From: Nemertoderma westbladi
Taxonomy: Eukaryota > Animalia > Xenacoelomorpha
DNA length: 64,000 nucleotides
Direction: 5' to 3'
Assembly (NCBI GenBank): GCA_032718475.1
Contig: JAUCBJ010005089.1
Location: 1 to 64,000 of the forward strand
How positions within the stretch are numbered: position 1 is the stretch's first letter; each line of letters begins with the position of its first letter. The notes under the pieces are model-generated. The model ran no database searches. It was not told where the DNA came from and saw nothing but the letters and a program-made list of their open reading frames with translations. This document shows positions 13,075-25,374 of this stretch, piece after piece. A program made the position numbers and the translations under genes.

Positions 13075-13330
13075 CTACTGTAGCTCGTAACCCAACCTAC
13101 AGTATGTTTATTGTAAATCACTGATTCTAACTCCACAGTACTGAAGTCATACTGTATAATCCTATGTAACCGAACACACTAGCTTACTATTACATAGTCA
13201 CTAGTAACCCAACATATTAAAGTTACTGATTGTAACTCTATCGTATTGATGTCATATTTTGTAACCAAACATACTGAAGTTTCTTGTTAACCAACGTACT
13301 AAATTCACCGATGGTAAGTAACCTAAACAT
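13075..13330 (+). repeat. Degenerate minisatellite (GTAACCCAACATACTGAAGT-like core)
   Basis: Recurring GTAAC...AC...TACTGAAGT motifs. Confidence 0.5.
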
Positions 13331-13484
13331 ACCTAACAATAGTAACTGAAGATAATAATAATAATAACGAAACTACTAACTGTACTTTAATTTACTGATG
13401 ACCTATTCAATCTTTCGTATAGAGGTAGGTACAGTAGTTGTGTAAGAGATATACCCTCGTCTTCTTCTTGTGATTTTCTCAATT

Positions 13485-13565
13485 ACAGTAGCCCACTCGG
13501 TTAGCCGTCAGGCTTAATTTATGAAAGTACGGGTTCGATCCCGGGTCAGTCAGGTGGGGTTTCCT
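13485..13565 (+). mobile_element. tRNA-derived SINE head
   Basis: Pol III A-box-like TAGCCCACTCGG and B-box GGTTCGATCCC at tRNA-like spacing, without a complete cloverleaf. Confidence 0.6.
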
Positions 13566-14687
13566 ACAGTACAGCAATTAAAATTAATCTCTCTCCAGGG
13601 ATAAATGGACATACTGTACATATAACTTATGTCCTACTCGCACGCAAAAATAAGTATTTTAATGTAACCTTTACTATGACTATTAAAGTAAAAAGCAATG
13701 TATATACTATACTACTGTTAGGCCAAAGAATACGCTTAACGCACAAAGAGTTATGTCATATTTCGAGAGCGCCCCCACTACTTAAACTAGTCTCCCCAGA
13801 GGAAACGGGTAGGCCTACTCATTTAGCTACCATTTAAGGATGCAAGGCAGAGAGGCGCCCTGGTCAGTCTATTTAAGTATTTAAGGGGGTGTGGGTACGT
13901 AGGCCTACACCCCCCCCCCCCCCCCCACCCTTTAAATTTTTTTAAATGGCTGTAAATTAAGGTTAAAGTTTAAAATGACTAATTTATCGTGGCAACCACT
14001 GCACAGTATTTAAGGCGAAATTATTTCTGGCACGAATGACGCAGACCACAGAGCTAAAATTTTCATTTGTGGGTTTTCGGAGTAATTCAATAACTACAGT
14101 AATGTCTGTTATTTTAACGCGATTGGGGTGTGTATTGTTAAATAATATGTGCCGATGTACGAAAACTACCTGGCCCCAATGCAGGGATTGGACCCACAAT
14201 CTCCGGAGAGTTGTAAACGGATTTAGCCAGCCACTACTGTACGCAAAGATGAAACTTGTTGACTTGTTGAAACATGACTGTTGTTTTGATTTAGAATAAC
14301 ATTTCAAAGTAGGCCCCTATCCGGCTCTTTCACTTAATTGATAATTAACATTATTTTATGGTTTTTTGTGGAAGGTGGTGAACATGCATTCCTGGCTTTA
14401 AAGTTCATAATTAATTCGTCGTTTATTTAATTCGCTGAAACGAGATATAGATTATCGCCAAGGGGGGATTTGAGTCACGTTCGATACCCCCCCCCCCCCC
14501 CCCCCCTCCCCTCCCGCCCCTTCGCCCTTTACTGTCGACTAGGCTAAGGAAATTATGATAGAAAATTCATAAATTATTCGTAATCAGATGTAATTCAATA
14601 ATTATTATAGTACTGTACAGTAATTATGAATTCAGATATTCATTTTCTATACAATTGGTAACAGTAGAGGTAGGCCTACAGTCAGTA

Positions 14688-15927
14688 CAGTCCCTATCTC
14701 ATTCTGAATATTATTTCTCAAACTGGGTATCATTTCTCAAACCTTTTACTAATGATAGTCAACGGAGAATTTCAGTAGGTAAGACTGGGGTAAGAGTTGA
14801 GAAATCAGAAAGATGCAGCCAGCTCAATCTAACTCAAACTAGAGTCTGGCGCCATGGTTTGAGTTAGGTTGACTTCCAACTGTGCCATACTCAGCATTAC
14901 TCTTCCTGTACGGGATGGATAATTACTCCTGTTGAGTGAGGCACCACATGGGGAAGGGGCCTCTGTCTGTTGCTTGGGCTCTTGAGTTAATGGGTTGAAT
15001 TACATAAGCTGGGCAGGCCGGCTTGCGTGTGTCTCATAAAAGACATGTCAATCACGCAGTTCCTTTGTGGGCTTTACTAAATGTATGTTGTTAACTAAAC
15101 CACACTGGCTCGGTCTGTTTGTAGAGAAAGTTTTAATTCTGGGAATATTGTTGTGGGCAATTGGTGCTCTGTTGTCTGTCTGTTTGATGTCAATTGGTCC
15201 CTTACAAGACATATCAGTTTAAAAATCTAATGGTTAATTAAGAATTATTAGTGCATATGGGACCTCGCAACACCCCCCTCCCATAAATATGGCCCTGTCT
15301 ATAATTACAGAGGTTTCCTCTGGCCCCTTTGCCCGGTATAGCCACACCCGGATGTATTGCGAATAATTGTGTTGACGATGTAATAGATAATTAAACATTG
15401 GTAAAACATTAACGTTAAACATTAGAAACATTAGCGAAATATACGCGACATTAAAATAAATTTATAAAATTGGTTGGTTATATTATATGGTTATATTTTA
15501 ATGTAAAATAACGTTAATATGTTATGAGTCATACATACTTAATAAATGTAATAAAAATTTATAAATCTTCAGTTTAATAATTTTTTAGCATATAATTTTT
15601 TTTATTCTGAAATTTAAAAATAAATTGAGTCACTGAGTCTGCAACTTAATTCTCACTGTCTACTGGAGTTAATTACACACAAACAAATCAAGTTTAGGGA
15701 ATGTTATAACAGCAGGAGACCATCAAACCCGTAGGCAGAGTATAACAGAAGCGAGTGGGCCATTAAACACAGACAGCTTGTTGTATGAATGCTACACAGT
15801 GCACAGTGGGTGGTTGCGCGAGTTTGAGTTGGGTTTGAGTAAACCAGACAGGTTTGAGTTAGTAAGAGTGAGGTAAGAGACAAGGTACCCAGTTTGAGAA
15901 ACAGTATCTAGAATGAGATAGGGACTG
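14688..15927. mobile_element. Non-autonomous DNA transposon with CAGTCC ends and TA TSD
   Basis: About 44-bp TIRs CAGTCCCTATCTCATTCT...TTCTCAAACTGGGTA, flanked by TA on both sides. Confidence 0.8.
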
Positions 15928-16699
15928 TAGAGGCCTAGTTTAATCAGCAATAAAATATTAAATTGATTAATAATTATCTTTACCGGTAAAATAATTAAAT
16001 ACATTAATGATATCGATAATAATTATTTTTTTATTGGAATATTTCAAATTCATACCAATTTCTTATCCTTGTTTTCCTGATTCCTTGTCCTTTCGTCCCT
16101 CGTTTCGTGGCGCGTTTATGTCGATAAGCCAAGTAGGCCTACTGCAGACTGCTTTCAATTACGGGGCCTAATAAAGCTAATCGAATCGGTCGGTAGCTAA
16201 TCGAAAACCTGCCTTACCGCCTTGTGGAGTTAGGCTATGTTAACAGTTTAGATACCGGTAAACTGAATGTGAACATTCTTTAGGCTGACTTTGATTAAAC
16301 TAAAGTGATAGCCAGTACCGGTAGTCAAACTCCAGTGCAAAAGTACTCTAGGCCTCAGTATACTACAGTATGATAGGTAGGCCTACATCTGGAACCGGTA
16401 CCGATTGTAGTGAGCTAAAAACAGAAACTGAAAGTTTATATCTTGTTAGTATACCGGTACATGGCAGCCTAAGGGAGGCCAATTTTAAAAAGCGTCTATA
16501 TCCAACATTGTAATTCGTGTTTGGATATAGACGGTTTTTAAATTCAGTGCTACGTTTGAAAATATTTACATTTTTTTGGTAGCAAATATAATGCATTCTA
16601 AAAAAACGATGTACTATTTTTGTAATTCCAATAGATACGTGAAGCATTCAGCTATCCATTCATAGCTTTAACTAAATTTTTTTAAAATTTGGATATAGA

Positions 16700-18096
16700 C
16701 GGTTTTTACTCTCGACCCACGATATATATCTTCCGATGACATAAAGTTTCCTGCAGAACAAGGAGCATCAGGAGGATTTATAAGGCTCAGGGCTGAACGA
16801 CAATTATCACATTGTCTTTTTGATTTTAAATATTTCACCTGACAATGGCTACACTGTTTAGTTTCCTTGAATGAGAATGTATCTAAAGTAGTATCAATAG
16901 TCCTTTCCAATCTCATCCATTTTTCATCAGAAACTTGCTGAATATAAAGCTTAATTAGTTTGTCTCTTGCACTATTAAATAGTGCCCCCATGTCTGCATT
17001 GATGAGGGCCACACGTGAGTAGTCAAAGGTACAAGTTCGCCAGACTGCTGGAGATGCCATAGGACAATATTGTAAGCAAAATTGTGGATCGATGTTTACC
17101 TGATATCTATTGCAAACAACACTTACAATTGTGCTGTTTCTCAACCTCGATCGATATGTCTTCGATAAAACTTGGGAATTATCAAAGTGTTCTACTATGT
17201 CCCCTTGAATTATTTTTGGCAAAGTGCGATATTATTCTACGCACAGTTGTATAACTACCAGTTGGTGTACAATATCCGAATAAGCGCAAATTTGTTTTAC
17301 TATTCGTTATAGTATAGGAAATCAAGGAGCATGCAATTTGGAATGAACCAATGAACTGATAGTTCGATAAGACCATAATCTGACAGATCAAGTTGTTTAA
17401 CGTGTTCAATTTAGTTGAACTTGGTGTTGTCGGAAAATTAGTACACGATTTAACACATTCTATTAATTCAGGGCATTTTCTTGAAATAACTGAAGTTTTA
17501 TAATTGTCTTGCATCATGCGGTTCCATATAGGTTCCATTTCGGTAATTGCACTTGCTAATTTATCTTTAATTGCGCCTCCGAAGGATTGACCAAGTTTCG
17601 ACATCTGCCCATCACTGCAGGATAAAATTATATCACTGTCAGTTTCTTTAGATTCAGAATCTGTTTGCTGATAACTTGAAATGGAAACGATAGTATCAGT
17701 TTGCACTGCTACGGATTTGAATTCTTTTGAGTTTAATCTAGCGAAGGAAGAAGTTGCTTCGTTTAAGTCCTTGCATGGTTTATTGCCTGGTCTTAGTCTT
17801 CTTGGCTTCTTCAAGCTTTTCAATGGAATAAGGGACCGAACTTGAGCAATACAACGGGTGCAAACATATTGCTGTCTCTTGTTACTGATTAGTTTATTGC
17901 TAACCATATATTTACGGCAGAAGTCTGGTATGCCCTTTGACGTTGCTAAATACTCCAATTTATAGTAGACATCCTTGCGTTTCGTGTAGGAGAAATCGTG
18001 TATTACACATAGACATTTTCCATCAAATTTACCTTTAACTCGTGATTTTAATGTATTATCCGCCATAATCTGATAATGCCTGTGCCACATATACAA
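16700..18096 (-). pseudogene. Frameshifted, truncated large DNA-transposon protein, tentatively Academ-like
   Basis: Two overlapping ORFs (304 and 184 aa) with N-terminal Cys pairs, GSYTTV followed by GD...FDN.Q, and a CxxC-x10-CxxC ribbon. The family is inferred. Confidence 0.4.
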
Positions 18097-18311
18097 TTAA
18101 CGAAATCAATAAGTAGGTCAGTAGCACAGTGGGTAGTGGGTCTGTCTGTCTGTGGGAGGTCAGTAGTCTAGTATACCTATGCCTACCGGTAGGTACCTAT
18201 TACATGATTAACCCTATCGGTACTATCATTAAGTATTTAGATATTAGGATTATCGTACTTTACTACGGCACTCTACCAGTCTACACAAACACTACAACAT
18301 CTAGCTGTCCA

Positions 18312-18568
18312 ATATCAAGAAGATATCAAATTTGACATTTTGTATCTGGAAATGTTAAATTTGACATGGAATGTGAAAAAAACAGATTGTGGCATATGTC
18401 TACAGTTTTTTACTGAATACAACTAATGAAAGTACTATTTTATCAACTATTTACCTATATATGTTTTTTAACTATGCCTATAGAAAGAATTTAATCAACG
18501 AAATGTCAATTTTGACATTAGTGACAAATTTGACATGCCACATGTCAAATTTGACATAATGTCAAATT
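18312..18568. repeat. Cluster of the palindromic motif TGTCAAATTTGACA (likely transposon subterminal repeats)
   Basis: About 7 perfect or degenerate copies. Confidence 0.65.
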
Positions 18569-19236
18569 AAGCCGGGAACCAGACTGGACCACCTCTGTTT
18601 AAGCAATATAAATAAAGAGAATGATCCAAAACTTCATTGTCAGTCGTTGAAAGTACGGGATGTTTGCGAGCAACGTAGCCAGCTATATAAAACAATGCCA
18701 TCTTCTCATCACCTGTAATTATCTCTATTCCGGTCTCGTCAATGTGGTTTATAGCATCCACTTCATTGTCGGTCAACGTGATGTCAACACACGAGGAACA
18801 CTTGTGCTTCCCAAGTTAACTTGAACATTCAACCTCCAGTTCTGTGTATAGTTTTGCTCGATCAATGCGGTGGGCAACCACGTTTGCAATTCCACAGGAT
18901 CTTTCGGAAACGCGTAGACCGTAATCGGTGAGGAATTCTCCTCCCCATCGTCCATACCGGTCAGTTTATCCTTCGCGTTCGCATAACCAGTTCTGCAACC
19001 GCCAACGGAACACTTCCTTCCCATCGAGTTAACGGTCATACAGTCGTATCAGGTTGTCACTTTGGTAGTTTATTCGGGTAGACACACGTGTATTCAGGTA
19101 AACACTCGAGCAGTCAGGTAGGAAGAGTAAACGATAACATAATTCAGTGCAGTAGGTAGTTCAAGATTTGTAAACTATAGGCCTACAGTATACCGGTATC
19201 AGAATTCTAGGCCTTCAATAATTCTAGTAGGCCTTG
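18567..19236 (-). mobile_element. Internally deleted P-element/THAP9-like derivative
   Basis: THAP start MGRKCSVGGC...YAFPKD...W lies about 200 bp from the P-transposase C-terminal motif LFYIAGYVARK...NRGG. Candidate 5' terminus CAAGGCCTACT at 19236. Confidence 0.65.
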
Positions 19237-19599
19237 GTACTGGTACAGCACAGACAGACAGCAGCACATATATCAGGCAGTCAGGAGTATATACAGCCTA
19301 CTGCCCTGGCAGCTCTGTACAGTATTAATTATAGTATGCAGTACAGCATACTGCCAGTACTGCAGTTGCAGTACGGCTGTAGGCCTACAGCGCTACAAGC
19401 CTACATCAGTCAGTCAGTACGTGTACGGTCCAGCGGTCGGTTCGCCAGATGCCAGAGCCAGACCTGTAGACAGCAGACTGCCTTCCTCCATTAACTCAGA
19501 CGGGACTGCCAGGCTGCCACTCCACTGCTCCAGGCTGCCGGGCGCCAATCTGCCAATGCCAGTTACCAGTAGGCCTACTGACTGACTGACTGCAGTAAA

Positions 19600-20145
19600 T
19601 ACACACAACAAAACAAAAAACACAAACAGACAAAAATACACAAAAAAACACAATATGACCCAAAAAAAGTACCCAAAAAGACAAAAAAAAATGTTTTTAA
19701 TAAACAATGTATCTACAATAAGATCCTAAATCTTATTTAAATCTTCATCTTATTTCTTATCTTATTATAAACCTAATTGTAAGAAGAGTTTCACTTTTTT
19801 CAAAATATTACATTTTGTTTATTTGAAGATTTCTTTATAATGACCTACTGCCACCGGTTTACTGGTAAGCCTACCCACCCAGACTGCCAGACAGCATACA
19901 AAATCAGATTTCTTAATTAATGGAAAGGAGCAGGTTACAGTAGCAGGCTTTTCTAACCAAAACAATAAACGATAACCAAAGAACACAGGTTACAGTCTTA
20001 TTTTTCCAACCCTAGGATATAAATTATTTTTGTCTTTTTCGGTAGGCATAAGTTTTTTGGGTAATATTGTGTTTTTTGTGTTTTTTTGTATTTTTTTGTG
20101 TATTTTTGGGTAATTTTGTGTTTTTTTGGGTAATTCGTAGGACCG
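19600..20145. mobile_element. Degenerate MITE of the same family as 29765-33007
   Basis: The right end GGGTAATTCGTAGGACCG matches the 29765/33007 termini. There are inverted 10-bp-repeat arms at 19600-19690 and 20050-20140. Confidence 0.6.
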
Positions 20146-21962
20146 AGGCCCACCGGTAATTATTATCATTGGTTTTATCAGTTTGTTTGTTTGTTTGTAT
20201 TGTATTGCTTTCTTCAGTTCATGAATCCATTCAATTCTGCCATTAACGATTGTCCGAGATTTTCCATCCTCCATCACCACAATCAGACACTACTGACTAT
20301 GCCTCCAAAAAACAGACTAAGTTTAACTTCCATGGCGTTCGCAAGGAGCTTCCGGATCCACCTTCTTCATCGCTACCGCGGCGGGACGTCGATGTAGCGG
20401 GAGTCGAAGTGTCTCTTCGGTTGAGATACCTCCCAAGGGACAATGTCCAGATCGAAGTTATTTCGGTTCAACCGCGATTTGTCATTGTCCCTTGGCACTA
20501 ATCCCACACAGTAAATTTATGTAACTTTACTCTGTTTACCTTTTTAATGATGATATTTTATTGTAATTTAAACTGGAGTAGCCATCTATTTTATTATTTT
20601 GTATTATTGATAGGTCAAAAACTTTTTGGATTGCAATGTTTTAATGATAATGTACGGTACTACTTATGCTCTATAATTATATCCCTAATACCTTGTAGTA
20701 CACAACTTATATGCACTACTTTATAAATGCAATAATTATGCAGTACTTATAAACAGTATTCACAATAAATGCAATATAAATGCTACTTATATGACATTAA
20801 TAACTCATATTGTATTTATTCAAATACGATATATTATTTTTAATACTACAATTATTCATAGGTGTAAGAAAACATTACGTACAATGAATTTATTGGTTTT
20901 TTTATAGAATAAATTATAATAACATTTTTATTAACTAACATTTTTATTAACAATGTACTATATATTATATAGTACATATAATACTATAACATAATATATT
21001 AATATACTATACTCACACACTATAATATATTATAAAATAAACACCGGTTTACAAATATTACATAAACATCCGTTTACAGTTTTTATGATTGTATAATTTG
21101 TTTCATTATAGGTGCTCAACGGAATGTAAAACCCGCTGCTGGGGCCATCACCACAGCAATGATTAGAACCCGGCGGCAGTTTTTATTTAATCTTTGTGAC
21201 TGCAAATAAAATAATGGTATATAGATAGACATTGTTTCAGGTAAGGAAGGGGGAGGGGGACTTTCGAAACAATTAAAAATAATCTCTCCCTAGTGGAAAA
21301 ACAATACAAATAACAGCTGTATTCTCCCAGAATAAAAGTGTTACCAGTTCTATTAATAATGGTTTATTGTTTTGGTTATATCCTAATTGAAAGTCGCATG
21401 ATAGCTAACACGAGCGCTCATGATAAATATTTTTTTTCAATTTTTGTAGGAAGAAGTGGATGAGAAGTGGACTGGTTTAATGGGTCCGGGAGCTCGGATT
21501 ATTTAAGTTTTATCGGCGAATAAGAAGTTGAAGAGAAGAGTTGACTACCCGATTACTTACTTGTTGGACTAACCGATTACAATATTGATTTCACGTTGAT
21601 TTAATTGCTGTAATGCTAAATGTATATAATGTATTATTATCCTTTAAGGTGGATTATATGAGCAACAATGAATCCAATCATGTTTCCAATACGATGATAA
21701 AACCGATTACCCAGACAACTAACAATACTTTGATCATTGATACTCAGAGGTGAGTCGTGATACTCTCCCTCTATCTACAACCTAAACATATCCGAAGACA
21801 ACCATAAACTCTACCCTAACCTAACCAAACCCTTACACTAAGCTACCACTATATATCCCATGTGAATATATTTTCTCGAAATATTTTTCCCGTCTCGATA
21901 TTTTATATATCGAGACCCTTTTTTATACTTTTCATGTGGGGCGAGATATAAGTATGAGCCAT

Positions 21963-22195
21963 CAGCCACTCAAAGCTATATCACAGCCACAGCCACTCAA
22001 TGCTATGTCACAGCCACTCCATGCTATGTCACAGCCACTCCATGCTAAGTCACAGCCACTCAACGCTATGTCACAGGTACAGCCACTCAATGCTATGTCA
22101 CAGCCATAGCCACCTACCACTATGTCACAGCCACTCAACGCTATGTCACAGCCACCTAACGCTATGTCACAGCCACTCAATGCTATGTTACAGCT
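21963..22195 (+). repeat. 21-bp minisatellite (TCACAGCCACTCAATGCTATG), about 10-11 copies
   Basis: Direct tandem units are visible in the sequence. Confidence 0.9.
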
Positions 22196-22199
22196 ATGT

Positions 22200-22810
22200 T
22201 ACGATGAGGGCTCGAGAAGAGGGTCAGCGGGATCGGCTAGAACCATACTACTGCATTTGGCAGCGCCAAACAGAGATATCTTTCTATTCGATCTGGGGAC
22301 CTAGGGGAAGAAGAGCGGGCCGAAGCTGAACCGATTGCCAAGGGCGGTGCAGGACCTAGTGAGACAGAAGACTTACGGTTAAGGTGGGATCGGCGATCCG
22401 TGACGACGCGGACAGAATAATCGGACCGGAGACCCACAATCTCCTGGACATGCAAGTGGTCTATATGGCTATGACGGGGCCAGAGGGAATGGGATTGGTA
22501 GAGAACATGGGAAATTGTGGAGCAGTGGCGATGGGCCAGCTCATGGGGCTCGTCTGCCACAAGCCGATGGACTGGGGCAAGTTCCGAGAGGAGTACGAAG
22601 CGGAACTCACTGAAATGGGGAGCGAGACCAGGGAAGCAAGAGGTATATCAGTCCCGAAGGGGAGCGATAAAGATATATCAGAAGATATATATCTTACAGG
22701 AGGATTGGATAATGATAGGTTTATTAAACCTATTCATGGCCATGGTTATCGGAAGAGAGCCGACGGCGTTTCTGCTATCAGGAGCACCTCTAAATCACAG
22801 GGGAGCCTTT
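22200..22810 (+). pseudogene. Intronless DEDDy 3'-5' exonuclease (WRN/EXD-like) remnant
   Basis: Joining frames gives ILLHLAAPNRDIFLFDL...LPRAVQDLV...KVGSAIRDDADRI...LLDMQ...LMGLVCHKP...YQKIYILQED. The sequence has a stop and frameshifts. Confidence 0.55.
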
Positions 22811-24209
22811 TAAGGTGGCCTTTCAGGGTCTTGTAGACCACCTGGGGCTGAAGTGCGAGTCGGTGTACTACGATAGCCGACACCTAGTGGCCAGAGAGAT
22901 GGATATTTGTTATACATACTGTGCTATTATCATTGGAACATTAACACCAAGAAACACAAACTCTGTTATTTTCCTGACGGCCTTCGGCCAAAGATATTAG
23001 TTCAGCAGCCCAGCATCGAAGTGACGCGTACAACCTAACCCGGTCGGGATCATTGAATTCAATCACCGTTCACAAATAAATTAACTTTGCCATGAATGAA
23101 AGCTATGATTATACTGTATATAATTGCAGCAAATCATGATACACAATTATTCTTCCCCTCCCCCATTGTCAATGGATTAGCACATTAAATAGCAATGGAG
23201 AAATAATAAGAACAGTCAATCTATTTCCTTGTAAACCTTCCTTGAACTCTAAACATTATAACACATTATTGCATGCGCAACATATGAAGTGAAGTATATA
23301 TACTAGCATATAACAACGAGCGACCTCCGATGATATATATAGTGATGCTTTTTATAAATAGGTATCACTAGTGTATAGTATTGCCAAATTAATGAAACTG
23401 TAACCTGTGCTATTCACTATCTTCTTTCCTTAAATTGACAATTAACATTGTTGATTCGCCAAAGCGGGTAATACTAATAGGTACATTCGCCAAGGCGGGT
23501 TTTGGATTATATAGCTAATTATTGCTGAAATATGTGTTTACGGTCTCTTTAAACATCCGTAATTAAATGTTATAAAAATTTAATGTTGAAAATCTAATTT
23601 TTAAGTCGAAATCATTCACAAAATCTAAATTAAAATAAATAATTTTATTGGAAAAGTAAATTCAAATTGTGCGCCGCACCTAACTGGTAGTTGACCATTG
23701 CCCTACCTACCGCCGTGAAAAATGTTTTTTAATTAAATATTTCCATTTTTCGAATAAAATTATGAATAATACTCCAAGTCTTAATCTAGCACTTGATAAG
23801 ATTACCGTCCTTGTCTCTATTAAAATCCTCGATGGCAATTGGAATTTAAAACGCGGCGCAATGTAATCTTATAAAGTGCTAGATGATAAGTCTTGATGTA
23901 AATAGTAATTAATAAATTATAATAGTATTGTGTATAAATGTTTATATTAGTATAGTATTATAGGTAGTGAGCAGGAGTTCCAAACTCTGCAGGATAAATT
24001 GGGCGATGGCGGGGTTACATTGGGGGAAACGTCCGTTAACGCTTCAGAGGTTCTCGAAGCCATTGGTAAATTATCAACGGGTAAAGAGAATTATCAGTGC
24101 ATTTATCGTTGTTTCTTTCATCCTTACTTGGTCATGGTTATATGCCTTCTAAACTAATTCAAAGTTATATTGTACCTGTAATTAAGAATGAATGAATGAA
24201 TGTATGAAT

Positions 24210-25345
24210 GAGAAGTTAACGGATAGGAATAATTATAGGCCTGTTGCCATTAACATTAAATGTAAGGTTCTAGAACGTATTATCTTAGACAGGTATATTG
24301 ATAAACTTATGGTAGCTCATAATCAATTTGGATTTAAACCGAAACACAGTACAGATTTATGTATATATGCTTTGAAGGAGATTGTGCATTATTATTTAAG
24401 CCAGAATACGTCAGTATATATTTGTTTCATTGATGCCTCGAAGGCATTCGATTTTGTTAATCATTCGAAGTTGTTTAATAAATTATTGGAGCGGGGTGTC
24501 CCCAAGTTTGTAGTTAGACTATTGTGTTATTGGTATAGGTCACAGACAATTTATGTTAAGTGGGGTAACTGCCACTCAACTTTGTTTACGGTATCGAACA
24601 GCACCCGTCAGGGAAGTGTTATTTCGCATGTCTTCTATAATGTGTATATGGATTGGCTTAGTAGCATCTTAAATGACAGCGGGTTAGGATGCTACGTTAA
24701 TGGTATTAGGGTAAATCATTTTTCGTATGCAGACGATTTGTCACTTTTGGCAACCAGTCCACAGGCTTTGCAGGCATTAATAAATTTAGCTAGTGCCTAT
24801 GCTAATGAACATAATACAAAGTTTAACTTAAAGAAGACAAAGTGTAAGTAAAGTGCAGTTTTCCAGTTGGTTTAGCTAGATTAAATGGTTCTCCTATCGA
24901 GTACGTGGAATCACACAAATTTTTAGGTCACTACATACATATTAATATGGACGATAAAGTAGATATACAAAATCAAATAAGGGGTATTTATCGTAGGGGT
25001 AACGGTCTTATTAGGAAGTTCTCCCATTGTACTACTCAGGTCAAAAATATATTATTTATTTCATTCTGTACGGGCATATATGGGTGCAATTTATGGAACA
25101 CTTATACATTATCTGTTATGAACTCAATTAAAATGGCTTACCATAGAATATTTAGGCAACTTCATCAGCTACCATTTAACTGCAGTGCGTCGGAAATGTT
25201 TACATTTAATCGGGTGCCTAGTTTCTTATGTGTATGTCGAAGGTCGGCATTCAGCCTTCGTCGTCGTGTGTTAAACTCTGGGCGGCAATTGCGATTTATA
25301 TATAAGTCCGCAATTTGGGATGTTATGAATTACCTACTATTCTAG
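24210..25345 (+). mobile_element. 5'-truncated non-LTR retrotransposon RT fragment (RTE-X-like)
   Basis: Motifs NYRPVA, QFGFK, DASKAFD, RQGS, YADD, and C-terminal GNGLIRKF...LFISFCT.IYG..LW. Confidence 0.85.
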
Positions 25346-25374
25346 TTAGTTGTGTTATATTAATATTAATTAAT

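Noticed and set aside
13485-13565. Functional tRNA gene
   Set aside because: A and B boxes are present, but there is no good acceptor or anticodon stem.
20250-21560. Small multi-exon gene
   Set aside because: There are splice-like sites but no consistent frame or recognisable domain.
21962-22329. Cys/His-rich repeat ORFs
   Set aside because: They are a by-product of the 21-bp minisatellite.
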